A DNA stretch of 64,000 nt. Origin: a bacterium. Its GTDB lineage: Bacteria; Patescibacteriota; Dojkabacteria; JAKAPS01; JAJZLI01. Within the stretch, counting starts at the first letter, position 1. Each line of letters opens with the position of its first letter. Of the stretch, positions 19,640 through 29,489 are shown one piece after another. Location: contig JAJZWL010000005.1 of the NCBI GenBank assembly GCA_021846685.1, positions 4,722-68,721 of the forward strand, written 5' to 3'. The notes under the pieces were generated by a model, which was given only the letters and a program-made list of their open reading frames with translations, was not told the origin of the DNA and did no database searches. Position numbers and translations under genes: made by a program.

Positions 19640-20170
19640 TATCTTCTTTGCAATATAGGTCATATGCTTAACTTTATCACCAACAGTATTGAATAGATTT
19701 TCTTTTAAATGGTGAGTGGTTAATGGATTCATAATAATTTCTATGATATACAAATCTTCTTTAGAGTTTAATTCAATGATAGATTTATCTTTAGAACATT
19801 CAGTGGTTATATCTAATAACTTATTAATATTTTCTCCCAGATGTTTGTCATCATAAGTTATCTCATCACCAAGTTTATCCCATTTTTGTCTATTAATTTA
19901 GATATATAAGAATTTCTTTTGTTAGTTTTTGTGACTATTGTAATCTCTTTTACAGTTTCTCATAATCTTACAGAATATTAGGAATGGTAAGTTTAGATAC
20001 AGGATAATTTCTTTATAATTTGCCATTAGCTTTGAAATCTGAATACATAGGTCCAGGCTTATTTTTTCCTGAAGCATCAAATGGTATGCAAAAATCATGG
20101 TCTCCAAACATAGCATATTTTATATGGTTCAATTGAATTTGATGACCTTCTTTTTGCGAAATTATTATAG
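19640..20170 (-). pseudogene. Fragmented remnants of one or more genes with no intact ORF.
   Basis: Manual translation of the minus strand gives protein-like stretches (..NRQKWDKLGDEITYDDKHLGENINKLLDITTECSKDKSIIELNSKEDLYIIEIIMNPLTTHHLKENLFNTVGDKVKH.. and ..AMFGDHDFCIPFDASGKNKPGPMYSDFKANGKL). Stops and missing start codons interrupt them. The track finds only a 64-aa ORF here. Confidence 0.3.
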
Positions 20171-20423
20171 TTGAATCTCCTTGAGTGATCTAAGGATTTA
20201 ATTGTTTTTATGCTTCTTTAATGCGATATCTTAATGGTTATGAACCCTTTTCATGTCAAAAAAAGTGTTCCTACTATATTATCTATTGGGAGTGATTCCA
20301 GTTCTTTACATTCTACTAATATTTTCTGATCATCTTTTTTAAATAAAAAATCTGAGTTTTGTTTGCATTTTTTTATATTCATTAAAATTCTTTTCGGCTA
20401 TTTCTGTTGCTAATTCATTGGGA

Positions 20424-20495
20424 ATAAAATTATTTTTTTGCATTACAGAATTTTATATACTTTGTATTATATCTTTTTTTTGGATGCTGTTGCGC
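20424..20495 (+). repeat. Copy 1 of an intergenic repeat of about 75 bp.
   Basis: About 90 percent identical to 21704..21780 (..tttttttgcattRcagaattttatatayttgtattatatctttttt..). A 32-bp partial third copy (tattatatctttttttagaggttattgcact) lies at 18871..18902. Confidence 0.6.
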
Positions 20496-20579
20496 TATGA
20501 TAGGTGCAAATTATTTTAATAGAAATTTAATATATCTGGGTTACGGTTAGTTTAAAATTTAGTTAATGTATAACTATAT

Positions 20580-20876
20580 ATGAAACAAATACTTTATAAA
20601 ATGAATGGTCAATTTATTGGTGTTAAATATAATGATAGATTTTATTCTTATGATGGAGTAAATATAGGTGTGTTTAAAGATAATGGTGAATTGTTTAATT
20701 TTGAAGGGGTATACATTGGAGAATTATTAGACAAAACAGATAGATTATTATTTAAGAAATCTCACTCAAATCATAGAGGGCCTCTTGTAGCTAAGTCCAT
20801 TAATCATCTTTCAATGAGTATTGTAAATATTACCAGAAGAACCATACCTATAGGATGTAAAGATGTACATTTTTGA
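20580..20876 (+). CDS. Hypothetical protein, 98 aa.
   Basis: ORF track only. Confidence 0.35.
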   Translation: MKQILYKMNGQFIGVKYNDRFYSYDGVNIGVFKDNGELFNFEGVYIGELLDKTDRLLFKKSHSNHRGPLVAKSINHLSMSIVNITRRTIPIGCKDVHF

Positions 20877-20935
20877 TAATTATAATTATTTTGAAATAAA
20901 AAATAGGGAATGACTGACTAAAGGAGGTGATCAAT

Positions 20936-21070
20936 ATGCAATGTCCAAAATGTAATAATGGAGAATTATCTAGAAAAGCAGGTTATGATGTATATCAATG
21001 TACTAATTGTGAAGAAGAAACAACTGGGGAAGAGATTAGAAACCTACAAAGAGAATTGATAGATGACTGA
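20936..21070 (+). CDS. Small zinc-ribbon protein of 44 aa (CPKC...CTNC).
   Basis: A perfect Shine-Dalgarno AAGGAGGTGAT at 20921-20931 precedes the ATG. Two CxxC pairs are present. Translation is MQCPKCNNGELSRKAGYDVYQCTNCEEETTGEEIRNLQRELIDD. Confidence 0.45.
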   Translation: MQCPKCNNGELSRKAGYDVYQCTNCEEETTGEEIRNLQRELIDD

Positions 21071-21130
21071 ATATAGGTAATTTTAAAACTGATACTATAT
21101 ATTCATTTATAGGTTCTGAGCTTAAAACTT

Positions 21131-21352
21131 CTACCATGAGGCTGCCAATGGAAGGAATATTGTGGTTATAGAGCTTTTAATTCGATATCCAATAGAAATG
21201 ATGAGATCTAAATTACAGTATAATTTTTTTTCATTACTGTCAGTTGTCAAGGATTCCTTTACAGCTGAATTTGGATTGAGTTCTCCATAATTAAAAACAT
21301 GTTTAATGTGTAGACTGATACTTTGTTTTGTTGTTTGGAAAAGCTCTGTCAA
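21131..21352 (-). pseudogene. Truncated fragment of a RhuM-family (virulence protein RhuM / DinD-like) gene.
   Basis: The 73-aa ORF contains TKQSISLHIKHVF-x-YGEL and YCNLDLIISIGYRIKS, matching the conserved N-terminal region of RhuM-family proteins, which are normally about 300 aa or longer. Confidence 0.5.
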
Positions 21353-21459
21353 AGTATTCTGTGTTAACCATACAGTCTCATTTTCAACACAAACATTTAT
21401 TTTAATTTTATCATTTTCTGTTTTGTAGATAATGATTTGTGATTGAGATTGTAATTTTT

Positions 21460-21672
21460 TTATGATATTTTTCTATAACTATAATGATCCTTTATATATT
21501 TTTGAAAAAAGCTTCCATATGAAGAAGTTATCATAAATTCTTCATAAAGATTCTGTGGAAGATTGTTGTATTTGTAAATATCTCCAGATAAAAATTTAAT
21601 CTCAAGGGTACACGATGTTATATCATATCCAATAGAATTAATTATTGTTGAATTTACATGTTGCCTAATCAT
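21460..21672 (-). CDS. KTSC-domain protein.
   Basis: IGYDITSCTLEIKFLSGDIYKYNNLPQNLYEEFMITSSYGSFFQKYIK fits the KTSC pattern (Y-x-x-x-x-x-L-x-I-x-F-x-x-G-x-x-Y-x-Y-x-x-V-P-x-x-x-Y-x-x-x-x-x-x-S-x-G-x-x-F). Confidence 0.6.
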   Translation of the reverse strand: MIRQHVNSTIINSIGYDITSCTLEIKFLSGDIYKYNNLPQNLYEEFMITSSYGSFFQKYIKDHYSYRKIS

Positions 21673-21703
21673 TTTGATTTTGATCTAGTAATTATCCTCA
21701 TTT

Positions 21704-21780
21704 GAAATAAAAATTTATTTTTTTGCATTGCAGAATTTTATATATTTTGTATTATATCTTTTTTAGAGGTTCTTGCACTT
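21704..21780 (+). repeat. Copy 2 of the same intergenic repeat.
   Basis: See copy 1. The two copies bracket about 1.2 kb containing the 98-aa ORF, the zinc-ribbon ORF, the RhuM fragment and the KTSC gene. Confidence 0.6.
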
Positions 21781-21816
21781 ATATATTACTCATTACATTA
21801 TCTATAGGAGCCAGTT

Positions 21817-22179
21817 TTATAGGTTTATTCTAAAAACTTTTTTATCTTTTAAATTTTCATTTATGTACGTACCTAATCCGAAACCTTGTTTTGCTAAAGA
21901 TTTCATTTTTTCAAAGTGTTCTATTCCTACATTAATAGAATCATATTTATATATCCCAGTTTTTTTAAATTGAATCAATATATAATCTGGATGGATATCA
22001 TATTCTAAGACACCAGAATCTCCATTTAAATTTGCATAGGTAATCATAATATTTACATTATTTAAGATCATATTGTATATCATATATATTAATTTTCCTA
22101 ATTTATCATTAATGTTATTTATAAGAATAAAGTTTATAGAACTCAGATGGTAGTTTGTCTGCAGGTGTAATATAATCAT
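21817..22179 (-). CDS. Hypothetical protein with a possible second, degenerate KTSC-like domain.
   Basis: IQFKKTGIYKYDSINVGIEHFEKMKSLAKQGFGLGTYINENL resembles the KTSC core. The match is weak. Confidence 0.4.
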   Translation of the reverse strand: MIILHLQTNYHLSSINFILINNINDKLGKLIYMIYNMILNNVNIMITYANLNGDSGVLEYDIHPDYILIQFKKTGIYKYDSINVGIEHFEKMKSLAKQGFGLGTYINENLKDKKVFRINL

Positions 22180-22219
22180 GGTATAGATACAGGATATATT
22201 TTAAAAAATTAATAAAGCA

Positions 22220-22969
22220 ATGTTTAATTTCCCATCAAGATTTTTTAAAAAATTAGATATATATCAACAGATACGTAATCATGAAGGTGTAAATAAGCAT
22301 AAGCATCTATGGCTATATGAGGCAGCATTCCTGCAAACTTCATATGGAGAAAATCATGGTCATATTAGTGGATTTTTAAACTTCAATACTTTTAAAGAAT
22401 GGATACTATATTCTTATTCAGGAAAAGATAATATCCCCAATGATGGAGAATTTTCACATATAGCAGGAAATCTTTTTGTAAAAGGATATATAGAGTCAAA
22501 ATCAATAGTAAGTATTAAGAAAAAAGATGTTTTTAAAACCAGTGAAAATATTGGTACAGTACATAATATAATTTCAGAAAAATCTTATCCTAGTACAAAT
22601 ATTAAAATTTTAAGTCACATTAAAGGAGATATTATTCCTACTGATAAGATTGAAGAAAGTAAATATGAATTCAGAGTAACCTTAGAAGGTTTAATTGTTG
22701 GCGAAGTTGTAGATGAAATAAATAATCACAACCTATTGATTAGATATTATAATAGATATAAATATTCTATGATCTTAGCTAGTATTTGGTTAGTGATTTT
22801 TTTTGGATTTATGAAGTTATTATTGCCAGTAGATCTTTATTATATAATAAATTTTAAAGTTTTATTTATAAAGAAAATATTTATTATTCCAATAATAATA
22901 TTTATTTTGTGGCCGCTATTTCTTTTCATATTAAAAACCATACGTTTATATTTAGAAAACAATTATTGA
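22220..22969 (+). CDS. Hypothetical protein with a C-terminal TM region.
   Basis: ORF track. The C-terminus is hydrophobic. Confidence 0.45.
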   Translation: MFNFPSRFFKKLDIYQQIRNHEGVNKHKHLWLYEAAFLQTSYGENHGHISGFLNFNTFKEWILYSYSGKDNIPNDGEFSHIAGNLFVKGYIESKSIVSIKKKDVFKTSENIGTVHNIISEKSYPSTNIKILSHIKGDIIPTDKIEESKYEFRVTLEGLIVGEVVDEINNHNLLIRYYNRYKYSMILASIWLVIFFGFMKLLLPVDLYYIINFKVLFIKKIFIIPIIIFILWPLFLFILKTIRLYLENNY

Positions 22970-24072
22970 TATAATTTTATATATTTCTTTTCAATAAATT
23001 GAAGGTTATACTTTTTACTCAATATTAAAGCACCTTTAGATATCTTATTGTAGAGGCTATCATCTTTAATTAATAATTCAATATTTTTAGCTATCAAATT
23101 AGGATTCTTGTATGCTATCAATATACAATTTTTATTATTTTCAAATATAGAAGTAGGAGTGTATTTACTTTTTGTTGTTATAACTGGTTTTCCATAAGAT
23201 ATAGCTTCAAGAAATGTTCCATTCCTTTCTGATACTCCATAATTGAAAGGGAGTATCACTGCAAAAGAAGTTGCTATTTTTTTTGCAATGTCCTTCCCGT
23301 TCTTTGGGTTATTTAATATTATATTACCCTCTAAATCTAAATTTTTAATTTTATCTATTATTTTTTTATGATAATTATTTGTTTCTGGATAAAGGTTTGT
23401 TAAAATATCTAGTTTAATTTCGATACGCCTATCTTTCAGTATCTTTATTGCATCTATTAAGTATTCTATTCCCTTTTTAGAATCAATAGTTCCTATATAG
23501 CAAAAATTGGCACCTTTGTTGATAGGGATTTTATAATAATTATTGGGGAATATATTTATAATACTAATCTTTTTATTAAATATTTCAAATTTCTTTAAAT
23601 ATTTAAAATCATTGGTATTTGTAACAATAATCTTATCAAAAAATGGAAGTACAGTTAAGTTTCTTATTCTAGCAATAGGATGTGCTTGAGAGAGTTCATG
23701 CTCTGTTATTATTTTTTGTATTTTCGGAAAATTCTTTTTTAATTTTAATCCTAATATAAAAGTATCAAATCTAAATTGATAGGCTAGAGTAGGATGTTGA
23801 AAATGAATTATATCTGGATTAATTTTCTTTATAATACCTATTACTTGATTAAAGGTTTTTATATTCCAATCTCTACTTACTCTATGTATTTTTACATTAT
23901 CTATATCCTGAAGATTCTCTATTTCTGATGTAATAACGTGTATATCTAATTTATTATTTTTATTTAATTTCTCTAGTAATCTATATGAATACATTCCTAC
24001 TCCACATATAGTAGGTGGAAGTGTTCCCGATATAAATACTATTTTTTTAGATTTTTTTTGTAATTCCATCAA
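22963..24072 (-). CDS. Family 1/4 (GT-B fold) glycosyltransferase.
   Basis: The architecture resembles GT4 enzymes, with a C-terminal NGTFLEAISYGKPVITT (E-x7-E-like region) and a Gly-rich N-terminus. Confidence 0.7.
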   Translation of the reverse strand: MMELQKKSKKIVFISGTLPPTICGVGMYSYRLLEKLNKNNKLDIHVITSEIENLQDIDNVKIHRVSRDWNIKTFNQVIGIIKKINPDIIHFQHPTLAYQFRFDTFILGLKLKKNFPKIQKIITEHELSQAHPIARIRNLTVLPFFDKIIVTNTNDFKYLKKFEIFNKKISIINIFPNNYYKIPINKGANFCYIGTIDSKKGIEYLIDAIKILKDRRIEIKLDILTNLYPETNNYHKKIIDKIKNLDLEGNIILNNPKNGKDIAKKIATSFAVILPFNYGVSERNGTFLEAISYGKPVITTKSKYTPTSIFENNKNCILIAYKNPNLIAKNIELLIKDDSLYNKISKGALILSKKYNLQFIEKKYIKLYQ

Positions 24073-24955
24073 AGAATCCTTTATATATAGCCGGTATTAA
24101 TTTTAAATCTTTCCCATTAATTATAGCAATTCCTAACCAAATAAACTGCTTTATTATTAAAAAATATAAAATTTGTGATAATAAATATCTTCTTTTTAAG
24201 TTTAGTCTTGTTGCCCAAAAAGAATTTCTAATCTGGAGGTAAAATGAGAAAGGGGAGTACTTTCTTGATGTTACACTTACCTTGTGCCATATAACAGATT
24301 TTGGTTCATATATAAGTTCTCCATGAATTTCCTTTAATCTTAATGAAAGATCTACATCTTCAGAATATGCAAAAAAACTATTATTAAACCCTTTTAGTTT
24401 TTCTATTGTATGTCTGGGTATAAATAAAGCACATCCTGTAAGATAATCATTATCAATATTTGTATCTTTTAAATATTGGGGACTATATATGTTTTTATGT
24501 TTTGTAGTACCAGTCCATTTGTTATAATATCCTCCCCCAAACCATATAATATCTTTCTTTCCTTTATAATTATAAAACAGTATTTGAGGTGCAATAATAA
24601 AATCTTTATTTTTATATTTTTCTGCTGTATTAAGCAGTGGTTTTATAAAAGTTTTATCTACTTCAGTATCATTATTGATTATAAGGAGATATTTATATTT
24701 CTTGTGATTAAGAAAATATTCGATTCCTTTATTAAACCCTCCAGTGAACCCATAGTTTTTATCTAACTCTATTTGCTTTGTGTTACTATATAAATTAATA
24801 TCTTTGTTGTGTAGTTTTTCTTTTTGATTTGATCCATTGTCTATTAAAAGAATATCAAAATCATCTGTACATTTATTCAAACTTTTTAATAGTTCTAATG
24901 TTACTTGTTTTTGGTTATAATTGACCGTAGTTATAAGTATTGTAGTAAAACCCAT
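24047..24955 (-). CDS. Family 2 glycosyltransferase.
   Basis: TILITTVNYNQKQVT...LLIDNGSN...DTE, with a C-terminal YSEDVDLSLRL motif typical of GT2. Confidence 0.8.
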   Translation of the reverse strand: MGFTTILITTVNYNQKQVTLELLKSLNKCTDDFDILLIDNGSNQKEKLHNKDINLYSNTKQIELDKNYGFTGGFNKGIEYFLNHKKYKYLLIINNDTEVDKTFIKPLLNTAEKYKNKDFIIAPQILFYNYKGKKDIIWFGGGYYNKWTGTTKHKNIYSPQYLKDTNIDNDYLTGCALFIPRHTIEKLKGFNNSFFAYSEDVDLSLRLKEIHGELIYEPKSVIWHKVSVTSRKYSPFSFYLQIRNSFWATRLNLKRRYLLSQILYFLIIKQFIWLGIAIINGKDLKLIPAIYKGFFDGITKKI

Positions 24956-25002
24956 GAACTTTATTATAGCATTTTATTATGAATTTTTTAGGTAGAAGTA
25001 TA

Positions 25003-25845
25003 ATGGATGATAGTATTGAATTAACAGTAATTATATTAAATTATAAAAATCCAGAATTAACATTAAAGTGTGTTGATTTATTAATGAGTGCATTAGATAA
25101 AGCTACAATTATAAGTGAAATTATAATTGTAGATAATTCTTCTGCAGAGAGTGAAAGTTTTTTTGAAAAACATTTATCTTTTGGTGCAGACAATATAGTT
25201 TTAATAAAAAATAAAAAGAATTTAGGCTTTGCGAAAGCCAATAATCAAGGGATGAAAATTGCAAGAGGGAAGTATATCCTACTTTTAAACAATGATGTTT
25301 TTATCAAAGATAGCAATGTTATCTCTAAGGGATTAAATTATTTAAAAAGCCATTCCAATGTTGGGATATGGAGCCCAGCTTTGGTTAACAAGGATGGTAT
25401 TATTCAAAAAACAACAGGAAAAATCCCTTCTCTTTTAGGATTAATAAATGAGTACTATTTTTTTAATATATTTGAGAAATATAAGAGATTCTTTAAAATA
25501 TCTAAAGTAGATACTATTATCGGGGCTTTTTGGCTAATCCCTTCAAGTATAATAAAAAAAGTAGGATTGTTAGATGAAGATTATTTCTTTACGTCAGAAG
25601 ACACAGATTACTGTAATAGAATTCATAAAGAGGGACTATCTATTATATATGATTCCTCAGTAAATGTTGTTCACTTAGGTGGGGCATCTCAAAATTGGAA
25701 ATGGTTAAATGATCCATATTTGCATATAGGTAGAGAATTATATTTTAAAAAAAACAAGAACGGGGTAACTTTTATTTTAGCTAGATATATAATTAGATCA
25801 GGTTTATATTACAGAAGATTAATTAGTCATATTAGACATAATTAG
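25003..25845 (+). CDS. Family 2 glycosyltransferase.
   Basis: LTVIILNYKNPELT...IIVDNSS...LNND...TSEDTDYCNRI. The track ORF starts at 24979; the ATG at 25003 is also possible. Confidence 0.8.
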   Translation: MDDSIELTVIILNYKNPELTLKCVDLLMSALDKATIISEIIIVDNSSAESESFFEKHLSFGADNIVLIKNKKNLGFAKANNQGMKIARGKYILLLNNDVFIKDSNVISKGLNYLKSHSNVGIWSPALVNKDGIIQKTTGKIPSLLGLINEYYFFNIFEKYKRFFKISKVDTIIGAFWLIPSSIIKKVGLLDEDYFFTSEDTDYCNRIHKEGLSIIYDSSVNVVHLGGASQNWKWLNDPYLHIGRELYFKKNKNGVTFILARYIIRSGLYYRRLISHIRHN

Positions 25846-25871
25846 TGTGAAATATATAGAGATAGCATGAT

Positions 25872-26723
25872 TTATAAGTCATATTTATCAATTATGTCGT
25901 TAGCAATATTATGATATTTTCTTACTACATCTGATTTATTGCCAACTTCTTCTAACTCTTTGAGTTTTATATATGTAGCAATTCTATAAAATCCCATCAT
26001 CAAAGATAAATAAAACCCTCTCCATCCGTCCTTGTATCCTTTTCTCCTTATAAATCTATTACCAAATTCTAGTGTGAAAAATTTAATAGCTTTAAATATT
26101 GAAGATTTCTCATTTTTTTCAAATTTCTGATTAGCTTCTATTGTAGTATATCTATTTAGTTTTTCTAAAAAATGATTGGTATTTATATAATTAAAATGTA
26201 CTATATAGTTATTTTTTTTATATGGAATTTTATATATTTTTGCATCTTTATTAACCGATATAATGTTATGTATTAATTTTGTAGTTTTTAACATTCCCTT
26301 TTTAAAAAATCTCTCATGATAATCTAATCCAGTGTTCCAGCCTGAGTAATGTATCTCTTCACCTAGAAGGTAATTTAAATATGGTATATCTATAATGTCA
26401 TACTCATCTTTTTTTGAAATTTTAATTAATTCTCTGCTCAATTCAATAGGTATTATTTCATCTGCATCAAGCATGATGATCCATTTTTTAGTAGCTTTTG
26501 ATAGTGCAAATTTTCTCGCTGGATCTGCAAAACCCAAATTTCTGTATAAATAAACTGTTGCTCCATATCTTTTTGCGATCTCTACTGTTTTATCTGTGCT
26601 ATGCATGTCTACTATTATAATCTCATCAACCCATTTATATACTGATCTTAAAGCATATTCTATGTTGTTTTCTTCATTATATGTATTGATTACACAAGAT
26701 ATATTGTTATTCTTCTTTATCAT
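25872..26723 (-). CDS. Family 2 glycosyltransferase.
   Basis: ISCVINTYNEENNIEYAL...IIVDMHSTDKT...MLDADE. Confidence 0.8.
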   Translation of the reverse strand: MIKKNNNISCVINTYNEENNIEYALRSVYKWVDEIIIVDMHSTDKTVEIAKRYGATVYLYRNLGFADPARKFALSKATKKWIIMLDADEIIPIELSRELIKISKKDEYDIIDIPYLNYLLGEEIHYSGWNTGLDYHERFFKKGMLKTTKLIHNIISVNKDAKIYKIPYKKNNYIVHFNYINTNHFLEKLNRYTTIEANQKFEKNEKSSIFKAIKFFTLEFGNRFIRRKGYKDGWRGFYLSLMMGFYRIATYIKLKELEEVGNKSDVVRKYHNIANDIIDKYDL

Positions 26724-27622
26724 AATTTTTTGTTAATATTGATTTTATTTAAGAGAATTTTATAATATTCTTTTATAATTCTTACCCGAGATACTTCATT
26801 AAGGTTCCCTTGTATTCTATATTTGGGGTCTTTAATCTTTAATAGTTCAAGAATTATTCTTAATATAATATGATATAATCGTTTTAATTTTATTATAATG
26901 TTATTTTTTTTATAAAAACTACCTTCATTGGGTTGGGAATAGGATGATTTTTTGTGATATGCAAAAAGCTTATTGGTGCATCTCATGTATGAGCCCACTC
27001 TTTCTTCAAATATTGCGGATATATGTGATAAAGGCCCTGTAGCAGATGATGCCATACATTTATATCTATAAATATCATAGTTAAAATCTTTTTTTCTTAT
27101 AAAAAAAATAGGATCACCAAAACCATAACAAAAATAAAACTTTTCATTCTCTTTTATAGAATCTTTTTTAGGGAAAAATTTCCATGATCTAGGTGCAGTA
27201 ACCATAACAGAACTATCTTTATTGAGAAGATCTATTGAGTCTTTGATCCAGTCTCCCTCTTTCAGTATTATATTATCTGGATCGAAATGACATAAAAATT
27301 TTGTTTTTGTTACAAATAGGGCAACATATAAGTGGTTTGAATAGTATGGTAATTTACCAAGTACGTCATAGTTTATTTTAAATTTTTTCAGAGCTTTATC
27401 TATATAATCTTCTACAAAATAAAAATTTGTAATAATACCTTTATCTTTTAACTCTAATACTTTTTTTCCTACTTTATCTCTATCATTAACATTATTTATT
27501 ATTATGTGTATTTGATCAAACTTATAATTAAATTTATTTTCAATATTCTCAAAAAAATCTTTCTGAAAAATATTTCTGTATGTTCTTTCAAATATATTAA
27601 CACTTAATGTGACTTTATTCAT
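26720..27622 (-). CDS. Hypothetical protein. Its position in a glycosyltransferase operon suggests a related function.
   Basis: ORF track. It overlaps the downstream GT2 gene by 4 bp. No motif was recognised. Confidence 0.45.
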   Translation of the reverse strand: MNKVTLSVNIFERTYRNIFQKDFFENIENKFNYKFDQIHIIINNVNDRDKVGKKVLELKDKGIITNFYFVEDYIDKALKKFKINYDVLGKLPYYSNHLYVALFVTKTKFLCHFDPDNIILKEGDWIKDSIDLLNKDSSVMVTAPRSWKFFPKKDSIKENEKFYFCYGFGDPIFFIRKKDFNYDIYRYKCMASSATGPLSHISAIFEERVGSYMRCTNKLFAYHKKSSYSQPNEGSFYKKNNIIIKLKRLYHIILRIILELLKIKDPKYRIQGNLNEVSRVRIIKEYYKILLNKININKKL

Positions 27623-27932
27623 ATTTTATCTAATGCTCCCATTTGATTTATAGTATTATATAATTGTTTGTAACAATTTGCCATTCTAGGATTTGTTGGA
27701 TCTAGTTCCCCTACACTTTTTGCAGCTTTTGCAAGTTTTATAAGGATATGAGCTCAGGGATAGTTTTAACTTGAAGTCCTCTGAAATTTGTGACAACACA
27801 ACCAATAGCACCTGGTAATCTTGATACATTAACTGATTAATATTAATTTAAATAAGAAGAAAGATTCAAACTAAAAGAAAAATTTTTTAACTTAGGTGGA
27901 GTATGCTCTCTATATAATATACAGTCACTTAA

Positions 27933-28241
27933 AGATATAGAGTACAAAAAGGAATATTTAGACGAAGTTTTAGATTATTATATAAAGGTTATTTTCCTGT
28001 TATTGAAATGGAATCTTTGATTTATCATAAAAGAAGTGCTACCACTGGATTTAAAAGTGATTTTTCTAGATATTATTATATAAGGAACAGCTTATTAACT
28101 ATTTATAAAAATTATACACTCTTTCTATTGATAAAATACTTGTCGTTCATCATAATTATGCAGATTGCTATGTCATTGATAGAAAGTGTACAACAATGTA
28201 GACTTTCTGTATGGATCAATTATTATTACAAAAAAGGATAA
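27933..28241 (+). pseudogene. C-terminal fragment of a GT2 glycosyltransferase, paralogous to the 24047..24955 gene.
   Basis: In-frame translation from the stop at 27930 reads ..GYFPVIEMESLIYHKRSATTGFKSDFSRYYYIRNSLLTIYKNY.., which aligns with IYEPKSVIWHKVSVTSRKYSPFSFYLQIRNSFWATRLN of the 24047 product. There is no N-terminal catalytic domain. The minus strand of 27650-27830 also gives short protein-like fragments. Confidence 0.5.
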
Positions 28242-28323
28242 TTTTTGATGTAAATTCTCTTGGGTATTATCTTGCTACATTAATAGTGTTTTTTGCAATC
28301 TCGTACTATAATATAGAATATAT

Positions 28324-29181
28324 ATGAATATAGGATTTTTCTATTTTACTAAATTTAAAAATTGGTACTTATATATTGGAAGTATAATCCTTTTTGCCTT
28401 TGTCTCTACAAGTATATGTTTTGAATATGCTACATATATATTTAATAGATACAATAATTCCGCACATAACATACCATCTCTTGTAATAAGCATAATCTTA
28501 CTTATATTTATAATAATCATATTGATGTTTATTACTGCTTATTACGCTATTGTTTTATTCATAAGGTCTTCTTATCTTGCTGTTAATAATAGATATAATG
28601 ATTTGAAATTTTTAGATAAAAATATGGTTGTTACTTTTTTCTTTTATCTTTTTGTATCACTAATATGCACTGTAGGAGTATATATAATATTAAGTGGATT
28701 CTCTATAATTTTTGATCCAATAGGATTAAGAATTCTAAGTGGATTTTTAAATTTCATTATAATTCTAGCATTTAGCTTGTTTATATCTTTTTATATATAT
28801 TTTACTAGCTTTATGTTCCAAGAGAAAATGGAAATGGAGGTATTTATTAAAGAATTATATGTATTTAAAAATAAGAATTTTTATATATATTCTATATTTT
28901 CATTTTTACTTATTATGGGTATAAATATGGTTATCTCTATTGTTATATTTTTTATCTATTTATTAATATTTTTGATCTCAATACATTCTAGTGTAAATGT
29001 ATATAATGTAGTCTCTGTTATATTCAGTCTTCCTAGTTTTCTTGTTATGTCTTTACTAGTAAGTCTTATGAGTATTACAGAACCATATATTTATACTTAT
29101 TTCGTATCGAAATTTTATTTGTCTTTATCTAATGAAACTGAGAAAAATATACCTATTATAAATCAAAATGGAGAACAATAA
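28324..29181 (+). CDS. Polytopic hypothetical membrane protein.
   Basis: ORF track. About 8 hydrophobic segments. Confidence 0.5.
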   Translation: MNIGFFYFTKFKNWYLYIGSIILFAFVSTSICFEYATYIFNRYNNSAHNIPSLVISIILLIFIIIILMFITAYYAIVLFIRSSYLAVNNRYNDLKFLDKNMVVTFFFYLFVSLICTVGVYIILSGFSIIFDPIGLRILSGFLNFIIILAFSLFISFYIYFTSFMFQEKMEMEVFIKELYVFKNKNFYIYSIFSFLLIMGINMVISIVIFFIYLLIFLISIHSSVNVYNVVSVIFSLPSFLVMSLLVSLMSITEPYIYTYFVSKFYLSLSNETEKNIPIINQNGEQ

Positions 29182-29407
29182 AGAGAACAACAATTCAAAC
29201 TCTATAGTATATGTATTTTTGATACTTTTATTCATATTTATTGTGGTCCTTTCAATAAATATATTTTCTGTCAAAATAAACTCTCAAAATATTAAAAAAG
29301 ATATAAATTATATTCGAACAAATATAAAGAAAAACCTGAATAAAAAAAAGAATACATATTTTTATAATAAATCGGTATTTAGAAATAAAACTTATATTCA
29401 AAATTAA
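29168..29407 (+). CDS. Small low-complexity protein with one TM segment; a doubtful gene.
   Basis: ORF track only. Asn/Lys-rich. Confidence 0.2.
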   Translation: MENNKENNNSNSIVYVFLILLFIFIVVLSINIFSVKINSQNIKKDINYIRTNIKKNLNKKKNTYFYNKSVFRNKTYIQN

Positions 29408-29489
29408 TTATATTTATTTTTTATTAACCAATTTTACTTTACTGTATGATTGAAGAGAGAATCATCTATATGCCTTTTCCCTATATTAT

